A stretch of DNA of 64,000 nt from Octopus bimaculoides (taxonomy: Eukaryota): positions 46,568,000-46,631,999 of the forward strand of contig NC_068982.1 in the NCBI RefSeq assembly GCF_001194135.2, written 5' to 3'. The notes beneath the pieces were generated by a model. It was not told where the DNA came from and did not search any database. It saw nothing but the letters and a program-made list of their open reading frames with translations. This document shows, piece after piece, positions 12,089 to 22,769 of this stretch. Every line of letters starts with the position of its first letter. The stretch's first letter is position 1. The translations under genes and the position numbers were made by a program.

Positions 12089-12581
12089 TTTTTTTAATAA
12101 AGAAAAAAAAAGATGAAATACAGGATGGTCACTGTTGGAATGTCTTTCATCACACATCTACTCTATCAAAAATAACTTGTGTCTAAACAACAACAAAGAT
12201 GAATAAATTACCATCCAGATACTGAAATGGATTAGATGAACTAAACTCTTGTATGGCTGTGTGGTTAAGAAGTTCTCTTTATAACCATATAGTTTGGGTT
12301 CAATTCCATTGTGTGGCACTCAGGGTTAATATTTTCTACTTTAACCTTAAGCTGACAAATACCTTGTGAGTGTAATTTGGTAGTTGTGAACTGTACCAAA
12401 GTCTAATATTTGTGTGTGTGTGTATGTATCTGTTTGTCTCTACATGACTGCATTAACACTGCTTGAGTATCGGTGGCATGGACTTATGTCCTATATTAAC
12501 AAATTTTTAACAGTTGAATGGATATTGACCCTCACTGCACATTTTATTTCTACAAGTGCAGGAGTGGCTGTGTGGTAAGAA

Positions 12582-12810
12582 GCGAGCTGGCAGAAACGTT
12601 AGCACGTCGGGCGAAATGCTTAGCGGTATTTCGTCTGCCGTTACGTTCTGAATTCAAATTCCGCCGAGGTCGACTTTGCCTTTCATCCTTACGAGGTCGA
12701 TAAATTAAGTACCAGTTACGCACTGGGGTCGATGTAATCAACTTGACCCTTCTGCCTGTCCTTGTTTGTCCCCTCAATGTTTAGCCCCTTGTGGGCAATA
12801 AAGAAATAAG
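12582..12810 (+). mobile_element. SINE family B (young subtype) nested in a family A head
   Basis: GCGAGCTGGCAGAAACGTTAGCAC...GTTCTGAATTCAAATTCCGCCGAGGTCGACTTTGCCTTTCATCC...GTCGATAAATTAAGTACCAG...GGGCAATAAAGAAATAAG. Confidence 0.9.
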
Positions 12811-15103
12811 TTTGTTTCCTAACCATATGGTTCTGGGTTCAGTCCCCTGTGTGGCACCTTAGGAGAGTGTTTTCTTTTATAGCCCCAGGCCAACCAAAGC
12901 CTTGTGAGTTGATATGGTAAATGGAAACTGAAAGACCATAGTGTGTGTGTGGCACCATAGGAGAGTGTTTTCTATTATAGCCCCAGGCCAACTGTAGTGT
13001 GTGTGTATATTGTTCTCAAAACCTCTTTCTGTCTTTTTCTTTTTATCTTTTATTTGTTTCAGTCATTGGATTGCAGCCATGCTGATCCATGGCCTTGAAA
13101 GCATTAGTCAAACAAACTGACCCTCCTCCAAGTGCTTATGTCTTTTATAGCTTAGTACTTATCTTATTGATCTCCCTTTTTACCAGACCACTTAGTTACA
13201 GAGACATAAGCAAACAAAGCACCAGTTGTTGAGTGGTAGTTGGAGACAAACACAAGTATAACTCACACACACATACCATCATCATCATCCTTTAATGTCT
13301 GATTTCCGTGCTGGCATGGGTTGGCTGGTATGACCAGTGCTGATTTTTTGGTCTGGTTTCCATAGTTGGATGCCCTTCCTAATGGCAATCGTTTTACTGT
13401 GTTTTCTAGGTACTTTCAGTGTTCCACTGGCACAATATACACACACACACACACACACACTATGGTCTTTCAGTTTCCATTTGTCACATCCACTCACAAG
13501 GCTTTGGTTGGCTTGGGGCTATAATAGAAAACACTCTCCTAAGATGTCACACAAGGAACTGAACCTGAAACCATGTGGTTAGGAAACAAACTTCTTACTT
13601 CACAACCACGTCTGCACTTGTAGAAATAAAATGTGCATACTATATCATATAAAATGTGGGGTACTTTCTGAAATTCTTCCCTATTAAAAACAAGTTAACC
13701 CACTTTTCAGGCATTGAGTGCACATACACAGACCCAAGTATATTCAGTTCCTACATAGTGAGAGTTTAGACCAGTGGAATAAAGCCCCACACATGGAAAC
13801 AAGAGTAGGCATCAGTTAGAATTTTCTTCAGGTTGAGTAGCCCATCCTGCTCAAAAGGTCCCTGAATAAAAGTTATTTAGGAACGATGAACGAAACACCC
13901 ACGTTTCAAACGGTAAATTATAAAGCCCCAAAGAATTCCTCTCCACACATGGCAATGATGCTTACCCACTACTTCTGCTCATGATCATAGATGCACATTT
14001 TGTCAGCCACTAAGGGACATGTTCTGCTGGTTAAGATCAAGCAAATCTGTGGTATTGAACAGAATATTTGCTGTAGCTCATCTTTTACATCAAGATAAAA
14101 CACATACATATTAACACTTGCAACCAGTTAATCCATGAGAGTCACTGCCTGGTACTGAATTACAGCATTGGCAGAATTGTTAGCATGCTGCATGAAATGC
14201 TTAGTGGCATTTTTTCTCGTTGCTACGTTCTTACCACACAGTCACACTATCCTGTTTTCAGGACATTACGCCATGAATGGGTTAAGGACTAAAGTCATTA
14301 TAATCAATTATAAACTTGAAAGTGGTGCCCCAGCATGACCTCAGTCCAGTGACAGAGACTAGTAAAAAGGAAGTAGGAAAATAACTTGAGGATTTTAGAG
14401 CAGTTTTGAAAATTGCTCAAATTAATGAGATAAAGTCAAGGATGACCCCCACTTATGAATTTCCTATTTGGGACCAACCAGATTGGGTCTGCTGTTCTAG
14501 TTACTCTAGTTACTCAGGTCGATCAGTTTCCAATAGAATGGTTGTTTTAACTAGAATTTCTTGCCATGAATCCAAAGTATTCCATCCAAGGTCATCCTGA
14601 CTTTTTTAAGGTAGAAGAGTGAAGTTTGACTACTATTTCTAACAATTCAAGCTACCTTGTAGAGGCTTCTTTGCAAAACATTACTGGCACTCCATCAATT
14701 ACAGTGACAAGGTTTCCAGTTAATCCAATCAACGGAACAACCTGCTCATGAAATTAATGTGCAAGTGGCTGAGCACTTCACAGGCACATGTACCCTTAAC
14801 GTAGTTCTCGGGGAGATTCAGCATGACAGAATGTGACAAGTCCGGTCTGTTGAAATACAAATACTACACATTTTTAGCAGGGGAGTGGGCTGAAGCAGTG
14901 TGAAATAAAGTGCCTTGCTCAAGGACACGTGTTGCCAGGAATTGAACTCACGACCTTACAGCTGTAAGCCGAATACCCCTAACCACTAAGCCACATGCCT
15001 TCACTCTTGTAAGACTGTAGAGCAACTACGTCACCTATAATAGTTATAACATTTTAGAATTTACACCTTTTGGTAGATAATGACGAAAAAGTTTCTACAT
15101 GGC

Positions 15104-15265
15104 ATAGGAGTGGCTGTGTGTTAAGTAGTTTGCTTACCAACCACATGGTTCCGGGTTCAGTCCCACTGCATGGCATCTTAGGCAAGTGTCTTTTACTATA
15201 GCCTCGGGCTGACCAAAGTCTTGTTAGTGGATTTGGTAGACGGAAACTGAAAGAAGCCCGTCGTA

Positions 15266-15316
<51 letters not shown>

Positions 15317-15525
15317 TTGTGTGTCTGTGTTTGTCCCCCCAACATCGCTTGACAACCGATGCTGGTGTGTTTACATCCCTGTAACTTAGCGGTTCGGCAA
15401 AAGAGATTGATAGAATAAGTACTAGGTTTCCAAAGAATAAGTCCTGGGGTCGATTTGCTCGACCAAAGGTGGTGCTCCAGCATGGCCACAGTCAAAAGAC
15501 TGAATCAAGTAAAAGAATAAAGAGA
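15104..15525 (+). mobile_element. tRNA-headed SINE family A, young full-length copy with internal (TA)n/(TG)n
   Basis: A-box-like TGGCTGTGTG and B-box-like GGTTCAGTCCC, body ...GACGGAAACTGAAAGAAGCCCGTCG, microsatellite, 3' GAATCAAGTAAAAGAATAAAGAG. Further copies at about 3783-4165, 9585-10100, 11390-11709(-), 12250-12500, 12556-12910, 13030-13620(-), 16715-17050, 20168-20535(-), 26974-27352, 33165-33420, 38583-39105, 39590-39830(-), 42400-42862(-), 43380-43530, 44205-44360(-), 53106-53485, 60050-60260, 61790-61915(-) and 62800-62910(-). Confidence 0.9.
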
Positions 15526-16811
15526 GTATGTAATAGATGGCTTGCAAGAAAACTCACTTAAGTAATTGTTTAAATTGATCTTCATTACACTTTAGATCAA
15601 CTTTTTATTACAAATAATGGGGTGATTTTTATTCTTATTTATTTATTAAGAGATATGTAGTTATGCTTCCATATTATATTCCAGATTAAGACAGTGAACT
15701 AACAGAATGACTATGGAATTTGGATAAAATTAAAATTCCACTGAGGTCGACTTTGCCTTTCATCCTTTCAGGATTGATAAAATAAGTACTAGTCGAGCAC
15801 AAGGGTCAGTATAGCTGACTCCCACCTACTCTCAAAATTGCTGGCTTTGTGTCAGAATTAGAAAGAAATATTAGTGTAGATTCTTTTAGAGAAAAGTAGG
15901 ATTCGATTTCTTGCCTTTCCTTTCTTTCTTTTTTTTTTCTTTTTTTTTTCCAGAGAATGTGGATGCTGAGAGACTGAGATTTTTTTGTTTTTACATAAAT
16001 TTCATATTTTAAGAAACAGTATGCATAATGTGTTTCTCTTTTGTTATTTTTTCCCCCTTTAGAATTTTATTTTTATTGTTATAATCGTTTATTTTTCTTT
16101 TCTTTATTTTTTTCTGTATTTAGCGGCCCAATATATTGTTAGTCCCCATCAAACTGACTTGCCGTTAGAAGTTGTACCAACAGTTAACAATATTTATATA
16201 TAATCAAAACACTTAAAACAAAAATGTAAACGATCAGCTTTCACTAGGGATTTTATTACTCCCTAGGGTCCAGGTAACAAATATTTTATTGGATAGCACT
16301 GCACCTTTGTCATTTTTGTTAAGGAAAGCCACGTGACAAAACCCTTCAAATACACTTAGATATTAGGCAAACTGACCTTAATGTTCATTGAATAACAGTC
16401 ACTTCTTTAACCAGTCCTGCACTGTATATAGAAGATATTTTACTCACTGTTATGTCATTAATCAGTCATTAGATACTTATGTATTATTTATTGTAGAAAG
16501 TGTATTTAGGAATCTGAAATTGTCTCAACCAGATGCATTTTACATGCTCATATTCACCATATCTGTACATTGTTCTTTATAGGCATCTTGTTGTTGTTGT
16601 AGTTGATGTTGTAGTATTTGTTGTTGTTGTTGAGTAACTTTGAATGATTGGAAACCTTTTGTACGGAAGTAACTTATTAAATAAGTAGTTCTATTGTACC
16701 AATATAGAATAAGAAGCTTCTTTCCTAGCTGTGAAATTATGTGATCTTGGGTTCAGTCTCACTGTGAAGCACCTTATGAGTGAGCTTGGTTGATAGAAAC
16801 TGAAAGAAGCC

Positions 16812-17026
16812 TGGCAGAAACGTTAGCACGCTGGGTGAAATGCTTAGCGGTATTTCGTCTGCGTTCTGAGTTCAAATTCCACTGAGGTCGACTTTACCTT
16901 TCAACCTTTTGGGGTCGATAAATCAAGTACCAGTTACGCACTGGGGTCGATGTAATCGACTTAATCCCTTTGTCTGTCCTTGTTTGTCCCCTTTATGTTT
17001 AGCCCCTTGTGGGCAATAAAGAAATA
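16812..17026 (+). mobile_element. SINE family B (young subtype) nested in family A with a 17-bp direct repeat
   Basis: AGAAACTGAAAGAAGCC at 16795-16811 and 17027-17043 flanks the insert. Confidence 0.9.
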
Positions 17027-17567
17027 AGAAACTGAAAGAAGCCCATGATGTATATGTGTGCCTTTATGAAAAGTCTGTCTGGTCATGGGGAAACATTGCT
17101 TTGCTTGGAAACTGATGAGGGTTGGTGACAGGAAGGGCATTTGGCAGTAGAAAATCTCCCCCAATAAATTCTAGCTGACCCATGCAAGTATGGAACAGCA
17201 AATGTACAATAATAATGATAATGATGACAACAACACACACACACACATACACATTCAATGCTTGTAATTCTTTGTTCAGAGGCTCTTATCTAGCTTTGTA
17301 GTAATGATCAATGGGAACGGTGGGAATATTGGACGGGGTTCTGATTTGACAGTCAAGCCAGTTCAAATTATGCATTGTCATTTCTCAGTGTTGTATATTA
17401 ATAGTGCACTAAATGCTGGTATGTCTTTGTACGCATGCTCACTTATGCACATAGCACTGATATTGATGTATTCACTCAACTACTTGGGCTTGCTTCTCAT
17501 CTCTTAATATTTTCTTTGTTATTTACAGGATTAAATTAAGTAAATGAATCCCTTTACAACACTATAC

Positions 17568-17600
<33 letters not shown>

Positions 17601-17601
<1 letters not shown>

Positions 17602-17995
17602 CATCATCATCGTCGTCGTTTAACGTCTGCTTTCCATGCTAGCATGGGTTGGACGATTTGACTGAGGACTGGTGAAACCAGATGGCTACACCAGGCTCCA
17701 ATCTGATTTGGCAGAGTTTCTACAGCTAGATGCTCTTCCTAACGCCAACCACTCAGAGTGTAGTGGGTGCTTTTACGTGCCACCGTCACGAAGGCTATTC
17801 AGGCGGTACTGGCAACGGCCACACTCAAAATGGTGTATTTTATGTGCCACCCGCACAAGAGCCAGTCTAGGGGCAGTGGCAACGATCTCTCTCAAAAGTC
17901 CTTACACATGCTACAGGCACAAGTGCCAGAAAGGCGACGCTGGGTACAGGTGCCATCCCGATTTCGCTTTCGCTTGCCCCAATAAGTCTTCGTTG
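17601..17995 (-). mobile_element. Family C: RTE-type LINE 3' end or derived short element with a (GAT)n tail
   Basis: (CAT)n-CGTTTAACGTC.GCTTTCCATGCTAGCATGGGTTGGACG.... There is no tRNA head and copies show variable 5' truncation. Others at about 290-480(-), 3080-3332(+), 13285-13390(-), 21308-21530(-), 24130-24400(+), 24680-24850(-), 33520-33720, 38823-38930(+), 42594-42738(-), 54040-54210 and 60830-61160(-). The RTE assignment is an inference. Confidence 0.75.
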
Positions 17996-20900
17996 CCAGT
18001 TGATGCGACTGATTTGTTTATAGAAAGGTTCATGTTACCATTATCCAGAGGTGGCATTCATTGTCTGTTACTGTTAGATCCTTCTTAGCCTCAATTTACA
18101 TTATTTTAAGAAATGCATTACTACGGTATTTCTCAACGTTTTTTTTTTTTTATCTATGGACCCCTTTGATTCCTTCCTTTTCCAAAATGATAGGTGTAGT
18201 TTGAGTGTGATTTGGTTGCTATTTCTTGCACATGAAGGGACTCACTCTCTCATGCTAGTTTATTTACAAGAATGTGTTAGTTCCAAAAGAATATCTCTAG
18301 TCAGCATTTTTTTCTTCTTTCATCTGTCAAACATGAAGGGAAGGGCTTATGTTTTTCTGTCTTTGATATTTTAAATCCCTTTGTGAGTCATTTATTTTAC
18401 CTTGAGTTGTTTAGCTGAAATATTAGCACCAGTTTATTTGGGAAGTACTTATATTCTGCAAAGTAACATTGGTAGAAATGTAATCCGATATAGGCAGTTA
18501 CCATTATCAGTCCTGTTATCTCACATGAAATAAAGACCAAGATGACAAACCAATGCTAGAGATTCTCATTTACACGACAACAATCCAAAGGGTTTCCTCT
18601 CTATGGCAGTTCAATTACTTTTAAGCAGTAAAATTTACTTGCAGCATGCTTATTATATTCTCAAAATTTAATGTTCAGCCACTGAGTTGTCAGCCCATTG
18701 CACCATATTAGTATTTTTGTTTGTTTTTGTTTTGTTTTTTTTATAGATATTCTTGTTTTTTTTTTTACTTAAATAGTCTTTGTTACAATTATTCACTTGT
18801 AGTTTTCTTTTGATTTCTTCAGAAATGAAATTCATTGTTTATTTCACCATAATCTAATAAAAGACGGTTTTCTAATTAATTTTTTTCTTTCTCTGTGAAA
18901 TGATATTTCTTCCCTTTTTCTTAAGTCATTACTGTTTTCCAAAATTCTTGACTTGTTATTCTTTTTTTTTTAAATATTTTTTCTGTGTTTATGTAGATGT
19001 GTGTTGTTTTTTTTCTTTGTATTTTTATGCAATTTTTTTTCCCATTTTGTTTTGTATCTTTCTTTTGTTGCTTTCATCATAACTAATTCTGGCAACTGAT
19101 AGCTGGCACTCTACTTCACATTAGAAATTATGCTAGTTTGAAACAACACACGGAATGTGGAATGGCTGATGAATTAGTCTCAAAAGAAAGATAAAAACAA
19201 CACTAATACAGACAAAAGAATATATAAATAAATAAAGTAAATAATAATAATAATAGCAACAACAATAACAATAAAAAAACATGTCGTTAGATCAGTGACG
19301 TGAATTTTAAACAAAATTGCTAAGAAAGGCAACAGACTTCTCTTGAGACAGAATTATCATCTCTGTCTTTCTCATGCAGTTCCAGTTTCTTTATTTAAGT
19401 TAGAATAGGGGTAAGTTTTTGAGTGTATGCTATAATCTATAACATTGTTGTTGTTTGACCCAAAGTTAATCATACTTGATAGACCTGTTGTCAGAAACAT
19501 TCCTGTTTTGATCACATTTTGTCCCTCCTGTTTTTATTTATTTACTTTAAATGATATGGTGTCATTTTGTAGGAAATTTGGCCATGATAGAAGCTTTCCT
19601 TGTTGGCTCGGAATCTGTAATGTATATGTGAGTGCTGGGATATTTGGTAAAAATAATGGCTAGATTGTGAAGAAAGATAAGAAGTGATGTTTAGTGAGTC
19701 ATAAGGAAAAATGTTGGCTGGAATGAAAAGGAGAACAGGTAATTGTATGAGTAATAAAATCTATGGCAGTGCATTTGGTAGATTTATGGGTTTAGATGTT
19801 AGAAATAAATATGATAGTAGAAGCTGTAGTGAAATAGAGTGGTGGTAGGATTTGTAGTAATGACACACAGAAATTGATGGAAGAAAGCTTGTGAACTAGA
19901 TATAGTAACAGATTTCCAACTCATAGGTCTTGTGTTCAAATCCTCTACAAGCATTTTATATCATTTTTTTTATTCCATTTGATATTTAGGCAGTTTACTT
20001 TGAAGTAGACACATGTTCAATTCATCTGGCTTTCTGAGACAGATAACAAATTAACTGGATTTGAATGACTGACAAACCCATCCAGTGGAATGTCATACTT
20101 TATGCCATGAAACCAGAGTGAAACTGTAGCCCCTACAAGCTCCCCTTTGACTTACACAGGATCTTTTATCTTTTACTTGTTTCATCCAATATACTGCAAC
20201 CATGCTGGGGCACCACCTTGAAGAATTTTTAGTCAAATGTATCAATCCCAATGCTTGTTACAGGGACATAAACACGTCAGCACCAATTGTCAAGCAGTGG
20301 TGGAGGACAAAGACTCACACACACACACACACACATACATATGCATGCATGCGTGTGCATGTACATACATGTATATAACAGGCTTCTTTCAGTTTCCGTC
20401 TAACAAATCCACTCACAAAGCTTTGGTCAGCCACAGACTATAGTAGAAGACACTTATCCAATGTGCCACACAGTGAAACTGAACATGGAACCATGTGGTT
20501 AGGAAGCAAGCTTCTTACCACACAGCCATGCCTGTTGTTTTCTTTTTGTTATCTTTTAGTTCTTGTCACAGAAGAATATATATGGTTGAGTGTGTAGTTG
20601 CATTTTGGGGGTAATACAGAATAAGGAAGAAATAAGTTCAAAAGAAACATCATTGGTGTTTGTATTCAGTAAATGGCATTTTTCTTAACCACACATTCTT
20701 GTTTTCTTTGGCTGAGCGGCACCCTTCATCTTTGAAGGGCCTCCATGATTGGTGTAGATTAAGTCAGGAGGAAACTAAAGAGCCAAGAATTGCTGTGATC
20801 CCTCTGAGGAACTTCTGCACAGTTTTCAAACTCTTATTTTCACTCACAATGCTTTGGGTTGACTCAAGGCTTTGGTTGAAGACAGTTGCCAATGTGTTGC

Positions 20901-21221
20901 ACAGTTGGCTTAAACCTAGAATCATGTAGTTGTGCAACAAACCTCTTCACCACTCAGCCATGCCTACAACTAATTGCCTTCATCATCTCCTGTATGCCTT
21001 AACCATCAAAGATTTTGGGCTAATACTATATGAGCTGCCACTCTGATGCTGACTCATCTTCAGCACAGTAGACTGGAGCACACACTGTGAATGAATTGCC
21101 TTGCCTAAGAACACAGTGTGCCACCCATTGCAGGAATCAGGTTCACAATCTTACAGTTGTGAATTCGACAGTCTAACCACTTGACCAAGAACTTTCACAT
21201 GCAATTTGCTTTAGTTTGGTC

Positions 21222-21605
21222 CAGTGGTTCTCAACCATTTTTTACCTATGGATCCCTTTGATTCCTTTTAGAACTCTACTGGACTGCCAAAGCCATTCAA
21301 TGTTAAATGTTTAACGTCCGCTTTCCATGCTAGCATGGGTTGGACGATTTGACTGAGGACTGGTGAAACCAGATGGCTACACCAGGCTCCAATCTGATTT
21401 GGCAGAGTTTCTACAGCTGGATGCCCTTCCTAACGCCAACCACTCAGAGAGTGTAGTGGGTGCTTTTACGTGTCACCCGCACGAAGGCCAGTCAGGCGGT
21501 ACTGGCAACGGCCACGCTCATCTCGCTCAACTATTGCACATAGACTTTAACAACAAAATCTTAAATGAACCTCCAAAGGTGATGTGGACCCTGCCTGAGA
21601 ACCTG
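21222..21605. mobile_element. hAT-type MITE split by a family C insertion
   Basis: CAGTGGTTCTCAA...TGAGAACCTG ends, with a degenerate 8-bp flank match (GTTTGGTC/ATTTAGTT). Related pieces at about 18140-18175, 60-112 and 25274-25340. Confidence 0.4.
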
Positions 21606-22037
21606 ATTTAGTTCATACATCTGGAATTATCATCATCATCATTTAATGTCTATTTTCCATGCTGGTATGTGTTGGACTGATAGCATGGATTATCTTGATT
21701 AAATTGTTAGATCCATGAATACAAAGATTAACTAACATGCTTTTCTTTTTAATTTTAGATTAAAAAAATGTTTTTCATTAAACATATTTTATAGCCATTT
21801 GCAACTAGATCCAGTATCAGAGAAATGAATTGATTACCATATTTCTAATGAAATACTCTTCTGATGGTTTTTAGTTAATTTTGAAAATAATCAATGATTT
21901 AAAGGGGTTTCTCCTTTGGTCTAAGGATATATGAATATGTGTGTTTCATGTTACTACAGCAACCTTTGAGTTGTAGTTACTTCTCTGCTGTCCTGGAAGC
22001 TCTATAAAAGGTTACAGATATTGCTTTTCCACTGGCT

Positions 22038-22073
<36 letters not shown>

Positions 22074-22240
22074 TTTTTTTCTTTGTTAAAGAAAAAACAT
22101 TCTGGTGATTTTTATGGACGGTTTTAATTTAAATACGATCGATCACCTTGTAACAAGTATTCTTGTCCAAATATTGTTCATGTAACTTGCCACAGCATTA
22201 CTAAACTTCATCCATCTAGTCTTGTCCTTTTGTTTTTTTT

Positions 22241-22333
22241 ATGCGCCCTTATCAAGCCTATCCAAGCTCATGGGCCCGGTTTCTATGGCGTATGTGTTCC
22301 CCCCAGCTGGACGGGACGCCAGTCCTTCGCAGC
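22241..22333 (-). mobile_element. Short young SINE fragment with a V-domain-like core
   Basis: The minus strand reads GCTGCGAAGGACTGGCGTCCCGTCCAGCTGGGGG...GATAAGGGCGCAT plus an A-rich tail. It is CpG-rich and resembles the GATGGACTGGCGTCCCGTCCAGG core of V-SINEs. Confidence 0.55.
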
Positions 22334-22551
22334 CTTTGGGTTTTGGTGCATCTGAAAAGACCCTACGTGCATTATCTCCCCTTCTTTGACTAATGTTGGG
22401 CAAGTGAGTCTTAAGCACCAGCTTACTATTAATAATAGTGGTGATGGTGATGGTGGTACTTTAACTACAGATCTACCCATATTAAACAGTCTTAGGACCA
22501 TGTAACCTACTAGAATTAGCAGTCTAATTTCAATAATCAAATCTGCCTTAA

Positions 22552-22769
22552 TTCTTTAGCATTTAACCCGGTCATATCTGAGCAAAAAAATTTATTTGTT
22601 TTATGTTCAAACTGACCAGATCTGGCCTTTCACACTTACCCTACAATATTATTCTAAAGATAAACATTCACCTCATTGAAATCTCAAAGCTACAAAATGA
22701 GACTTGACTAATTCATATCAATGTGAATAAGTAAGCATTACATTTAACAGAAATCTGAATGCTAAAGGC
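22552..22769 (-). mobile_element. Family E MITE
   Basis: TTAA-TTCTTTAGCATTTAA...CTGAATGCTAAAGG. Confidence 0.7.

Noticed and set aside
17672-21611. Recurrent peptide MKPDGYTRLQSDLAEFLQLDALPNANH (also at 3015-3248) looking like a conserved gene family
   Set aside because: It is a translation of the family C repeat, and copies diverge at the DNA level without frame preservation.
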